This document shows, in pieces, positions 1-12,149 of a stretch of 64,000 bases of DNA. Origin of the DNA: the human T2T-CHM13v2.0 reference genome, Homo sapiens; NCBI RefSeq assembly GCF_009914755.1, contig NC_060927.1; one strand, 5' to 3'. Numbering within the stretch: position 1 is the first letter of the stretch; each line of letters opens with the position of its first letter. A program made the translations under genes and the position numbers. The notes under the pieces were generated by a model. That model was not told the origin of the DNA. It saw nothing but the letters and a program-made list of their open reading frames with translations, and ran no database searches.

Positions 1-436
1 GTTGCCTAGCTGAATTTTAACTTATAAATCATATAAAATTACATAAATTTTTCATTCGGATCAACTCCCATTTTTAAATTAGGAAATGTTTGTTTAGTGT
101 GGGATCAACTAACAATTCTCATTTTACAAGACAGGTCACAGACACTTAAGAAACAAATTCAAGCACCTAATTAATTGTTGAGGAATAGTAGAGTTCACAT
201 GTTTTTTATTTCCATTATTAAGAAATTTTCATTTTTGTTTAAGACATTACTAAAGCAACAGTATTCTTGATTATAAATATATCTGTTTAAAATACATTTT
301 CTTTTGATTTATGAATTTTAACTTGTAGCAATGGGAGGCTTAAAATGTTTCTGTCTGTAGTTAGATGACTTCGTTACTCTTCTTTTGCTTCAAAGTCTCC
401 ACAAATCTAAATTTGTTGTGACTTAGTATGAGGGCA

Positions 437-527
437 TTGGTAGGGTGTCATTTTTAGACAGTTTAAATTAATCATTATATAATTTGGTAGGGTATCATTT
501 TTAGGGAGTTTAAATCTAAATTATAAT
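437..527. repeat. Diverged tandem duplication, period 47 bp
   Basis: ttggtagggtgtcatttttagacagtttaaat at 437 and ttggtagggtatcatttttagggagtttaaat at 484. Confidence 0.8.
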
Positions 528-1325
528 ATATCTAAATGTAAACAAAATATGATTCTATAAAACACAATTACAAATAAAGCTTGATATCAACAAAATATTT
601 TTAGGAATATAAATATCAAGATCAGACTTTATTATGTATGTAAGAACTTTGTAGGTGCGAGTTCCTATTGCTCTTCCCTTTGTCTTTTTAACACTTTAGC
701 TCTTCATGAATCATTTCTATCAGACTATCAGACTGGAGTAGTGAGGGAGTAGAGGTTAAAAAAAATAGATGGTCTTTTCTGTTATCTCCTTATTTTAAAG
801 AAAGGGTTTTTATTTTTATTATATTATATATATATTTTTTGTCATTGTTGTTGTTGTTGTTTTTAAGAGCACTAAAATTGAGTCAGAAGGTATGACCTTG
901 AGTTTAAAACGTATAATAATGCCAGCCTTGTAACTTGGGTGTTTGAGTCTTTCCCACTGATTATTGTGTCTTTTGGATATGGTGAGAGGAAGGAGAGAAG
1001 TAAGTGTTGCTGAATTAGAGCTTGAATTTGAAATGGAAGCAAATCCAACTCCTATTAATTGGGGAAAGTTGAGAGTCAAATTGGGAAGACCAGACACCTA
1101 AACCAACTCTCAGGTGAGGTGTCTGGTAAAGGACAGGCTCATAAATGAAAAAACAGAGCAAGAATCAAATTTTAAGAAGGGTCAGAAAAGACCAGTCTAA
1201 GAGAGGGCAGAGAGGGAAAGAGCAGTTGAGGACAGCCAGCTTGGAGGGATTATGGCTTATATGATCAGACTTTGGTTGTTTTTGAATGCATTTTATGCTG
1301 TATTTTCTTAAAGAATGGATTATGT

Positions 1326-2089
1326 CAGGAGTGTGCTAGAGTTGGCTCAAACTGGCTCATGCAATTTTTAGAAATCTTGCAAACTGATTATTAAAAATAA
1401 ATTATATAAACTTAAACTGAATTATATGAAAAACAAAGGCAATAAATACTCAAAACTCATCACTCCCAATTATTCTAATATATTTTGTTATTACTCATGT
1501 TCTTGAGATTATTTCCATCTATTGTATCTGTATGTTGAAAATACTATATAATATTGTGTTGCTGCACATCACGAGTCCTAATTTGTCGCATTTTCTGACT
1601 TGCATGCTATAAATACTCCCACCATGGCTGATTTAAAGCTAGCACTGTGACATCATTGAATGCAGACTTGGGAAGAGATGCACAGGAAATTGTATATTTG
1701 AAAACTATTGTGTAATTCAATAAAAAATTACTCATTGACAAGTGAGTTTAGCATATACCTTAGTTATTTAATTTTTATCTTACTCATTAGTATATATAAA
1801 TGTTAACCAACATTTATATTGTCAGTTGTAACTACAGGTTGGCAATGGTTATAAGATTTTTGTAAAAATCAACCAAAGTATTCTGTGAGAATCAGGTAGT
1901 TGTATGGAAATTACAATACAAAGTAATATCTATGTTAATATCTATGTTAATATTATTTGTAAATTATGTGCTACACATTCTTTATATCAGTAAAGGTCAT
2001 ATAAGCTTATATATATACACACTTATACACATACACATTTTCCCCACAATGCCAGTTGCAGTTGTTAAACATTTATCAACACACCATTG
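1326..2089. mobile_element. MER63-type hAT-Blackjack DNA transposon
   Basis: Degenerate TIRs caggagtgtgctag ... atcaacacaccattg; internal segments match my recollection of MER63 (aaatactcaaaactcatcac, taaatactcccaccatgg). Confidence 0.7.
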
Positions 2090-2954
2090 GGATATTAATC
2101 TCAGTTCAACTGTCAGTCAAAGAGGAAGAAAACATCTTCCCTGACTATCTAGAAAGAGGGTGAAATTAGTCAATGCATGTGAAAGTTTGTTACACACTGC
2201 TAAGTACTACACAAATAACAATTAAGGTAATGATTAGGGAAACCGCCTTTCCTCTTGTGGTCCAGGCTTTCTTCAAGGTTTTAAAATGACAATATCTTGA
2301 CTTTCTGAAACAAAAAAAGTTTCACTGGAGAAGAAAGTTGCTTTTAGTAAATTGTGTCAATTTTCTCTATCTCTGATATTTTTCTTGCTTATTTTAATGG
2401 TCTTTTATCCTAAACTATAAAATAGATCATTCAGAATGGTTATTTCTATTTGCATCTGAATTGAAACCATTGTGGTTTTTCAATTTACACAGCTGAGAAC
2501 AGGAAGCTTTGAGTACAATTTAAAAAGAAAGAAAGAAACAACAACAACCCTATAATATCATGGGGAAATGAGGTAAGCAGAATAATTACTAAAATTGAAA
2601 TTTGGCTGAAATGACAAGTTCAAAAACCCAACTATTTCCATATGTGCTCTTGGATCTTAAATAATTAAAAATGGCCATGACTCATTTCATCAATGTAGGA
2701 ACTAACTCAGAGAAACCAATACCATTTGTTCATGGATGCTCATGATTATTACCCCTTGATGACTTGGCAAACAGCAGGAAGATTGGATCAAGTCAACTCT
2801 GCTTAATTTTCACCATTTGCTCAAATTAACGTACAAAATGACGTCTCATCCTATTCACAGAGCTGAATGTAACTCCAATAAACATAAGAGAAGGACTCTA
2901 ATTAAAATTGGAACACTTTTTCCCTCATTATGTTATAACTTTGATTTATAAAAG

Positions 2955-3123
2955 GCAAACTAGTGTTATTCAGTCTAAGATGTTCATTGGAATCATTAAT
3001 TTAAGAAACACTAAATGCTAGTCCCAACCTGCTGGGATCCTCATTTGGTTATTCGGAAGTTGGGCTTTGGTATTAGTATTTTTTTTTAAGTTTTAACGTC
3101 TGGAGGAGGTTGAGAACCACTGG
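2955..3123. mobile_element. MER5-type hAT-Charlie remnant
   Basis: Ends in ggttgagaaccactg, the MER5 terminal motif; degenerate interior. Confidence 0.5.
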
Positions 3124-3811
3124 CTGGATTTATGATATTTTCCTATAGTAAGTACTTCTCCAGAGGTCAGGCTCATTAAAGACAAGTCAGAGCTTACACC
3201 TGTAATGTGAATATCTTGTCAAAGATTCATGTTACAATAACTTTTTCTTCATACTTTTGTAAAAAATACTGCAACTCTCATATAAAAGTTAAACTTTATG
3301 TAATACTAGAAAACGAATAAATGCTATTATAAATTAATATTTTTCACATAAAGATGGCCAGTTATAACCTTTCTTTCCCCAAAAATGTTCAAAAATTGTC
3401 AGTCATCACTTAGTGTAGTAAATATCACCTTTCTCCTTAGTCTAAGCTTGTAATCCTTCTTTCTAATCACTCTGTATCCTACTTTGAACCTAGAGTTCCA
3501 GGTAGAACTTTAAATTCAATGTGGAACTTAAGTCTTCACATTGGAATCAAAATTCCCTCAGCGTTTTCAGGCCTGTTAGCAACTTTCCTCTGCTCTAGAG
3601 ACTGATGGTCCATTTAGTCATTTAAAACTGTTAGAAGTTGAAGGCATGGCCTGAGGTATCTTTGGTGCACTATTATTAGGAAGTCTTTGATATCCTTTGA
3701 GTTTCTTTACCAAAGAGCAAGGAAACAACTCTGTTACAAACACCTAAATCACCTCCACACTCCAGCTTGAAAAACACAGTTGCTTTCACTGAAATTTATT
3801 CATTCAGTTAA

Positions 3812-4223
<412 letters not shown>

Positions 4224-6208
4224 CTTATTTGAAATTATTTACAAATTATCATAATATTGAATCCTCATAGTAGTTTTATAAGCTTACTAAGGATCAGAAA
4301 TTATATTATTTGCCTTAAGTAATATTTCATATAATATGTAGTGGTTGTGTCAATGGGTAACCTCGAAGAGGGTCTTAGTATCCTTTTCAATATTCTTCAC
4401 TGTGTTCTCAAAGCCACTTCAATAAACATGCTCTCTAATGAAAACCAAGGAGCTTTATATGCAAAGAACTTTAAGATAATTTCTCTAGACACTCCTTCCA
4501 CAAGATTGTCATTCTGATGCTCTCTCTATGTAGAAATCCCAGAGCCTCCCCTGATACCACTGTACTATGTTCTATTGAATTACATGACATCATCTCTGAG
4601 TAATTTCTGCTTCATTTTTATTGCAATGAATCAAAAGTTGTAAAGCCACCCTCCTAAGGTTACAGAATTAAGTTATACGCAGTTAATAAGAGTCATAATC
4701 TTGAAATATTTGAAGGCGATTTAAAGCTCAGGCCTGCCTGTTTCCAAAGCCCGTGCTCTACCTGCAACATTTCATAAGAGACTAGCCACTACTAAAGTGA
4801 AAACACATGATAATTAGTGATTAAAACAAAGGATATTAAATATCATTTTATCTAGAGTAATATTTGTTCCAAAATGAATGGACACACACTAGACTTTTAC
4901 ACTAAAATATTATAGAATTTTTTGTTGTATCACAGGATGACGAATGCGTTTGAGTCCTGGTTTTACCACTTAGTGTTGTATGATTCATGAGAGAAGAAAG
5001 CTGTTTCAAATTTTATCTTTATCTTAAAGGATGAAATGCAAAACACTGTGAGCTATTTTCTGAAAATTTTCTCTTTTAATTCCTATAACTGCTTAAAATT
5101 GGTGACTCTTATACATTGCTAATAATTGTTAGCAAGTGGTATTAATTTGCTTTTTGTGTTGACACTTTTCTGGCTTTGCAGATAGTGCCACTGAACTAAA
5201 TAAAGATTTCTAAATCACAGCTTAAGGTATAGAAAAGGTGGCTCTTGAATAGAGATTATTTTTGAAGGTGGAGAGAATCTGTGTTTGCCCAGTAGCAAGG
5301 CAATGTTTTCAAATGATTCTGCTGGGATCTATTAAACTATAAAGCAAATCAGATGGCATATTTTTGCCTTGCCTTGCTGACAGCTTCATCTCACAGAGAG
5401 TACAGGAAGCAAGAAGGAACAGTTTCTTAGAATATAATTCTTATCAATAAGAGAGAAATAATTAGTGAAAGTAGAAGAGTTGGATACCTAAGGAGAAAAA
5501 CAACTATTAATTCCTAGAGTATGTGATATCCAGAAGAAAAATGCTGAACTTAGTAGGCTAGATACATTTCAACTTTCAGAAGGCAAACTGGGGGGAAAAA
5601 CAGGAAAAAAAAACCTACATGTGAGTGTCAAGACTGCAATTTTGGCTGTATAATCATAAGTGATGCAGTTAAGGGATAAAGGAAAATTTCATCTTTAAAA
5701 TTAGTGCAGATCAGATCCGGCCTGAGGGAGACCTATGCAACAAATTACTCATTGCAAAAGATGGGAAGTTTGATGTTAGGAAGTCTAAATAAATATAATA
5801 ATCTGTGGCTTGCAAAAATACTAAAGCAACAAAGTAGGTCTTTGGAAACCTATGTTTAAATCAAAAGGTCAAAATAAGGAATAGGCCCACTTCTTGCAGC
5901 TAATGCCATCAAGTCAAGGGATGTCAAAGAAGAAGCTGATATCCTCAGCTCCAAACTTGTTTCTGTATCCTTTGTAAATGAATCTTAAAGCACTAAGAAA
6001 GTATTTGTGAATATTAAGAAAGACAAATTTAAAATAAAAATAATGAGAGATCCTTGCTACTGCAGAAGTGCAAATTTCTCTCTGAAAATAATTATACTGA
6101 AAGTTACCATGAAAAGTTGCTGTATGAATATGGTTGTTGCTGATGTCCTTAAAACAAATGGGAACATTAAAACTGTGCAAATATTTTCAGTTTTTAAAAT
6201 GGGAAGCA

Positions 6209-6356
6209 GGCCAGGCACCATGGCTCACACCTGTAATCTCAATACTTACGAGGCTAAGGCAGGGGATCTTTTGAGTCCAGGAGTTGGAGGCTATGGTGAG
6301 CTATGATCATACCACTGCACTCCAGCCTAGATGGCAGAGTGAGACCCTGTCTCAAA

Positions 6357-6395
<39 letters not shown>

Positions 6396-6397
6396 AT
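6209..6397 (+). mobile_element. Monomeric Alu (FRAM/FAM-like) with (TAAA)n tail
   Basis: Single arm of about 145 bp, ggccaggcacc...gagaccctgtctc, followed by (aaat)n at 6354-6397. Confidence 0.85.
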
Positions 6398-6456
6398 ATA
6401 GAATAGAAAGCAGTGAATTCAACAAAGTAGACAAGTGATATTTACATCAATTCCTA

Positions 6457-6513
6457 GAAAGTTTCAAAGATCCATGAAAGTTTCAAAGATCCATGAAAGT
6501 TTCTAAGATCCAT
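6457..6513. repeat. 19-bp tandem repeat, 3 copies
   Basis: GAAAGTTTC(A/T)AAGATCCAT at 6457, 6476 and 6495. Confidence 0.95.
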
Positions 6514-7783
6514 CTTTCTAAGATGAAAGGACAGAGTTTGAAAGCCAAGAAAAAAAAAGCTGTAAGACCCAAAACACGGTATGATTTCTCTACAACTAAG
6601 TCTTTGTGGATCAATTCCTTTCTTCCTCAATGTTGCTGGACTTACCACTCCACCTTCTGTGGTCTGTAAGTGCGTTGTCTATATCCTGTACACTTTTTTT
6701 CTCACTGAAGTACAGCTAATTGTTTGAAAATCTTCTTCACATACATGCCTGTGTGGAACTTGAAAGCAGGAGGCTTATATCTTTATATCCACAGTGCTTC
6801 TATGAAAAATATTTACTGAATAAACTAATGGCAGATGAAAGAAATGCATTTGAAAATTTTATGTTAGTATTCCATTAAAGCATTTTGTAATTTCCTAATG
6901 AATGGAATCTTTGTGAACAAGAGGGAGGAAAAACATATTGATTGCAAGGGCAACTAAGTAAATTAATAACTATATGAACCCAAAATATTAACAGTGTTTT
7001 TAAATAAATAAAAATGAATGAGAGGACTTGTTTCTAGTAGTGTATAGCAGGGCTTCTGTCTTTGGCCCTGTCTTGATCCACAATCAATGGTTTGGATAGA
7101 AACATGAAGGATAACTTATTAAGTTCATAGGTGACACAAATTTTGGTATCATAGTATAGAAGCCAGATCTTAGGAGCAGCATCTGAAAGCATTTTTTACA
7201 GCATTAGGAAAGGCTATTGAAATTAAGAAAGAGTAAATTAAAGGAAGCAGGATGAAATTTAACAGAGATAAGACATAATTGGGTCCAAACAACAGATGAC
7301 AAATGTACAATATGGGATGCTTTATGCTAGGCAGTAGCATGGGCAAAAAGGGCTTGAGGGTGTCAGCGCTTTTTATGCTACATTTCTGTCATGTTTGCAA
7401 AACTCATTCATGTTTTGTTAGCTTTAGTTTTGTTCTGTTCTTTTTTAGTTAGAGGTAGAACCAGATTTCAAGGGGCTTGAAAGCATATATAGCTTTGTTC
7501 TTTAAAAAAGTATAGAAATCTTCTTTTTTGCTAACTTTATGAAAACATATTTTCCCATGAACACATTGATAGGGATCCTCCCAGCCTTGGAAGAGATCAG
7601 CACAAGCGAGTTGCCCAAAGTTTCAGCTTCACTGGCTTCATGAAAAATACAATTCCGCATGTGGTATTCTATTGTAAAAATAATTCAACAATGTATTCTA
7701 ATGTTGATGGACTTTTGGTCCATTCCTAAATGCTAACTCTATGAAAAAAAAAAAGAGCTGCCAGCATGTAAATATGATTTAGG

Positions 7784-7987
7784 TGGCACTATCCAATAGA
7801 ACTGCAAGATGGTCCTGTTCCATATGGGTGCTGCTCAGTACAGTAGTCACCAGCCACATCTGGTTACTGAGTACTTGAGCTGTGGTTAGTGCACCTGAGG
7901 AATGAAGTTTTAAATTTAAAAAATGTTTAATTTATTTAGATGTAAACAACCACATGTGACTAGTGGTTAATGTATCGGACAGTGCAA
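7784..7987. mobile_element. MER3 hAT-Charlie MITE
   Basis: TIR-like ends gcactatccaatagaac ... tatcggacagtgc; internal agccacat/cacatgtgactag motifs. Confidence 0.75.
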
Positions 7988-8580
7988 TTCTAGGATGTGT
8001 AACCAAGAGTGTCATTGCTGAAGCATAAGGCATGGATATATTTAACTTTTGGAAATATTTCTAACCTGTTTTACAAAGTGTTTTTAACAATTTATCGTAC
8101 CAACAGTTTATATACATTTAAGTTTTTCCATATTCTCATTAACTGTTGAAATTTTCAGAATATTTAATTGGAGCTATTTGTGTGGGTGTGTGGTGGTCAC
8201 TCACTGTTATTTTAATTGAGATATACCTTTACACATGGCCATGATTATTTGGATTTCCTTTTACATGAAGTATCAGTTTAAATCTTTTGCCCACATACTA
8301 TTGGGTTGTCTATTGTTTTCTTGTTGTACTATTGGTGTTCTTTATAAGTTACATACTCTAAATATAAGTTCTCTGTTATATATTTTTCAAATATCCACAC
8401 ACAGAGTTTTAGAGAATAATACCCAAATCTCACTCCAGACCAATTAAATCATAACTTCTATGGGTGAGATTGTGACATATTTAAAGATCCCCTAGGTGAT
8501 ACTAATCTGCCTCTGTGAGGGGAATAGATTTAAACTCAGTGTAGGAAAGGATTGCTAACTATCAAAATTATCTCTCCGAA

Positions 8581-8813
8581 ACAGTGTATGGTAGTGAACA
8601 TATGGACTGTCTCTGGAATCAGATAACTGAAGTTTGTTCACAGGCTCTGATAGACCTTAGGCTTAACTTCTCTGTGCTTCAGTTTTTTCATCTGTAAAAT
8701 TGAGTAACAGTACAAACCACACAGAGTTTTTGTGAATACTAAGTGAGCAATTTTTTGTAAAGTACTTAGAACCTCATGTGAAACATAGCAAGTATTCAAT
8801 AAATACTAGCTAT
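8581..8813 (+). mobile_element. MIR SINE
   Basis: Core cttctctgtgcttcagttttttcatctgtaaaat and 3' end gtaaagtacttagaac...tattcaataaat. Confidence 0.8.
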
Positions 8814-8846
8814 CATCATCATCATCATCAGCAGCAGCAGCAGCAG
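8812..8846. repeat. Compound (CAT)n(CAG)n microsatellite at the MIR tail
   Basis: atcatcatcatcatcatcagcagcagcagcagcag seen directly. Confidence 0.95.
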
Positions 8847-9264
8847 AAATTTAAATTATCTGCCTCACAAAGTAGTGAGAGCTGTCATCTTTCTTAATAG
8901 GAAAACATCAGAAACCTTTCCACTAAAATCAGGAAGAAGGCAAGAATGCTTACCACCTCCTCCACTATTCAACAATGTTTTAGGAGTGTTAGCCAATATA
9001 ATCAGACAAGAGAAATTAAACAGAGGCATAAGAATTAATAAAGAAGTAGTAAAGCAATTTCTATTTGCAGATGATATGATATTATACTTATAAATTTTTG
9101 ATAATGATAAAATAAATTTAAACGATAAAAGAATTCAGTAATGTGGCAGATATAAAATTTACGGGCATAAATCAATACCTTTAATACACACAAACAATAG
9201 CCAGTGAGAGGGTATAATGATAGAGAAAACCTCATTTATACTGAAGACAAAAAAGAGTGAATAT

Positions 9265-9565
<301 letters not shown>

Positions 9566-10793
9566 GTAGAAAGCCTAGAAATAGATCCAAGTAGATATAG
9601 AAATGTATAAGATAAAGACGATACCTCACTGTGGGTAATGATTGACCTTTAAATAAATAATACTTTTTAATAATAATAAGCAACCATTTGGAAAAAATAT
9701 ACAATTATACCCTATCTTACATCTACCACAAAAATAAAATCCAAATGGACCTGGGATCAAAATAGAAATAATTAAGCCATACAAGTACTTAGAAAAAAGC
9801 ATGGGTGAATTCCATTTTAAACTGGATTTCTAACTATTATTAAAAAAATTCAAATGCAATTAATAAAAAGATTGATAATTTTTATTATAAACAAAAAATT
9901 GTGCATGGTAAAAAAATACTATAAACAAAAATCAAAAGGTATCTGATAAATGCTGAAAAATATTTGTAACATAGGATATAATGGATGAAGAACTAATATT
10001 TCTAATATGTAAAGAACTCTTAAAAATTAGAAGATGAAGAAAAAGAAATCTCTATAAAAATTGGAAAAAATAATAACAATTTATAATAGAGAAAAAGATA
10101 GAAGTTCCTTAAATATATAAAAACTATTCAAGCTTGCTCACAATTAGATAAGTATAATTTAAAACAACCCTGAGAAATCATTTCTCTCCTATCACACTGG
10201 AAAAAGTTTAAAAGTGTGATAATATACACTGTTACTGAAGTGGTAGGAAAAAAGATCCTCTTTCACACATTGCTGGTGGGAGTAGAAACTGGTATAACCT
10301 TCTAGAGGGGTATTTGGCAATTCCTAGCAAAACTACATTTTTTATTTGACCGAGAAACTCTAATTCTAAGAATTTATCCTGAAGCTACACCTCCAACAAT
10401 GTGCAAATACATACATACAAGGTTAGTTACTCATTGCAGTACTGATTTTATTGCAAAATATTGGAAACAAGCTACAGAGTAGTTAAATTGACTATGGTAT
10501 ATTCACACTGGGTTATTACACAGCCATGAGGAAGATGTCTATGAACTAATATGTAGAGATGTCCAGTATTTATTGTTAAGGAAAAAAGTAAAGCATGAAT
10601 CATATCTACGTGTAAGAAAAGAGGGGATATAAGAAGACAAACATGTATCTACCCAATTTTGCAAAAAGAAATACAGGAACGTTAAACCATAAACTATATG
10701 ATTGGTTACTTACAGAAGGTATGTAGGAACAAGGTGGAAAGAATGAGAAAAATAAAATCAGGGAAGAAAAATGAATGAAGCGCATATGCCTTT

Positions 10794-11156
10794 TGTATTA
10801 GCCCGTTCTCACGTTGCTGATAAAGACATACCTGAGACTGGGTAATTTATAAAGAAAGAAAAGTTTTATGGATTCACAGTTCCACATGGCTGGGAAGGCC
10901 TCACAATCATGACAGACAGGAAAAGGGATGTCTTAGATCGTGGCAGGCAAGAGAGAATGAAAATCAAGTGAAAGGAGTTTCCCCTTATAAAACTGTCAGA
11001 TATTGTGGGACTTATTCTCTACCACAAGAAGAGTATGGGGGAAACCACCCCCCATGATTCAAGGATCTCCCACTGGGTCCCTCCCATAACACATGGGAAT
11101 TATGGGAGCTACAATTCAAAATGAGATTTGGGTGGAGACACAGCCAAACCACATCA
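10794..11156 (-). mobile_element. THE1 (MaLR) solo LTR
   Basis: About 363 bp, tgtattag...gagactgggtaatttataaag...gagatttgggtggagacacagccaaaccacatca, with TG...CA termini. Confidence 0.9.
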
Positions 11157-11652
11157 TGTTTTATATAGTTCTGATGCTTGAAAACCTGATCATGCTTCAC
11201 ATAGTCAAATATAAATAATGAAAAATGTAATATAAAATGAAGGGAATGGAAAAATGGAAATGCAAAGAACTGACCTAAGTAACTTTGGAAGATAATGTTT
11301 TGACTGTAACCTGTAAGCTAAAGGTAATAACCATTTGCAATTATTATACTCCTCTTAATATTTTTTCCTACAGGGGTGTGGGTTAGCAATTCTAAAATTT
11401 CTTTATGTGTATATCTGAACTGGGCAAAAAAGTAAACGTATTTGTGGATAAAAGCCTGTTTTTTCACTGTCAGGAAAGGAAGTAAATAAGAAAAGAGAAA
11501 GGCTTGAATGAACTCTGTAGTAGTTGATTGGAATTGGAGGTATCAGTATAAACTTGTTTTAAAATTATTAATATGGGGTGATTAATATAGAAATATAGAT
11601 AAACACATAAGCATATGTGTATATATATGTTCATGTGTGTATATGTCATGTG

Positions 11653-11655
<3 letters not shown>

Positions 11656-11703
<48 letters not shown>

Positions 11704-11704
11704 T
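11656..11704. repeat. (AC)16 followed by (AT)n microsatellite
   Basis: Seen directly. Confidence 0.95.
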
Positions 11705-12149
11705 TCCTAGCTCTGTAGGTTAGGGCCTAGAAGCAAGACACCTCAGTAGCAATGAGTGTATCTAGCACCCAGATTTTGGCTTCTAAATACTATTTTCCAA
11801 TTAAAGGAACCAGAGCTCCTTGGAAAAACTCTTGATTCTGGGGCCAGGTTAAGGAAAATACACAATGATGCTGGGATATCTCATGCTGTCAGAAAGTCAG
11901 AAAATGCTAAAAAATGATTATGTCATGTTGGATAGATAGAGATACCAACATGAAAGAGCTCCCAATGGCCAAATATAGGATAGTTGGGGTAACAAAATAA
12001 ATGATAGCATAGTTTATGATCTATAAGTTAAAATAAATATCTGTGAATCCATACTGATATAAATAAATAAATAGGTAAACGAAGGAGAAGAGATAGCTTT
12101 TCCTTACAGTAGAATTCCTATGCTAAATATAGAAAGAATGGTAGAAATA

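Larger units (their letters stand above)
5290..7360 (+). mobile_element. Fragments of an ancient L3/CR1 LINE (interrupted)
   Basis: 7020-7360 resembles the CR1 RT 3' region (tctgtctttggccctgtc, ttattaagttcataggtgacacaaa, ggatgaaatttaacagagataag). 5290-5930 resembles upstream CR1 ORF2. Highly diverged. Confidence 0.45.

Noticed and set aside
6457-6513. Short direct repeats as a CRISPR-like array
   Set aside because: Head-to-tail units without spacers, in mammalian DNA.
8812-8846. (CAG)n as an expansion-disease repeat
   Set aside because: Only about six units, intronic, and derived from a MIR tail.
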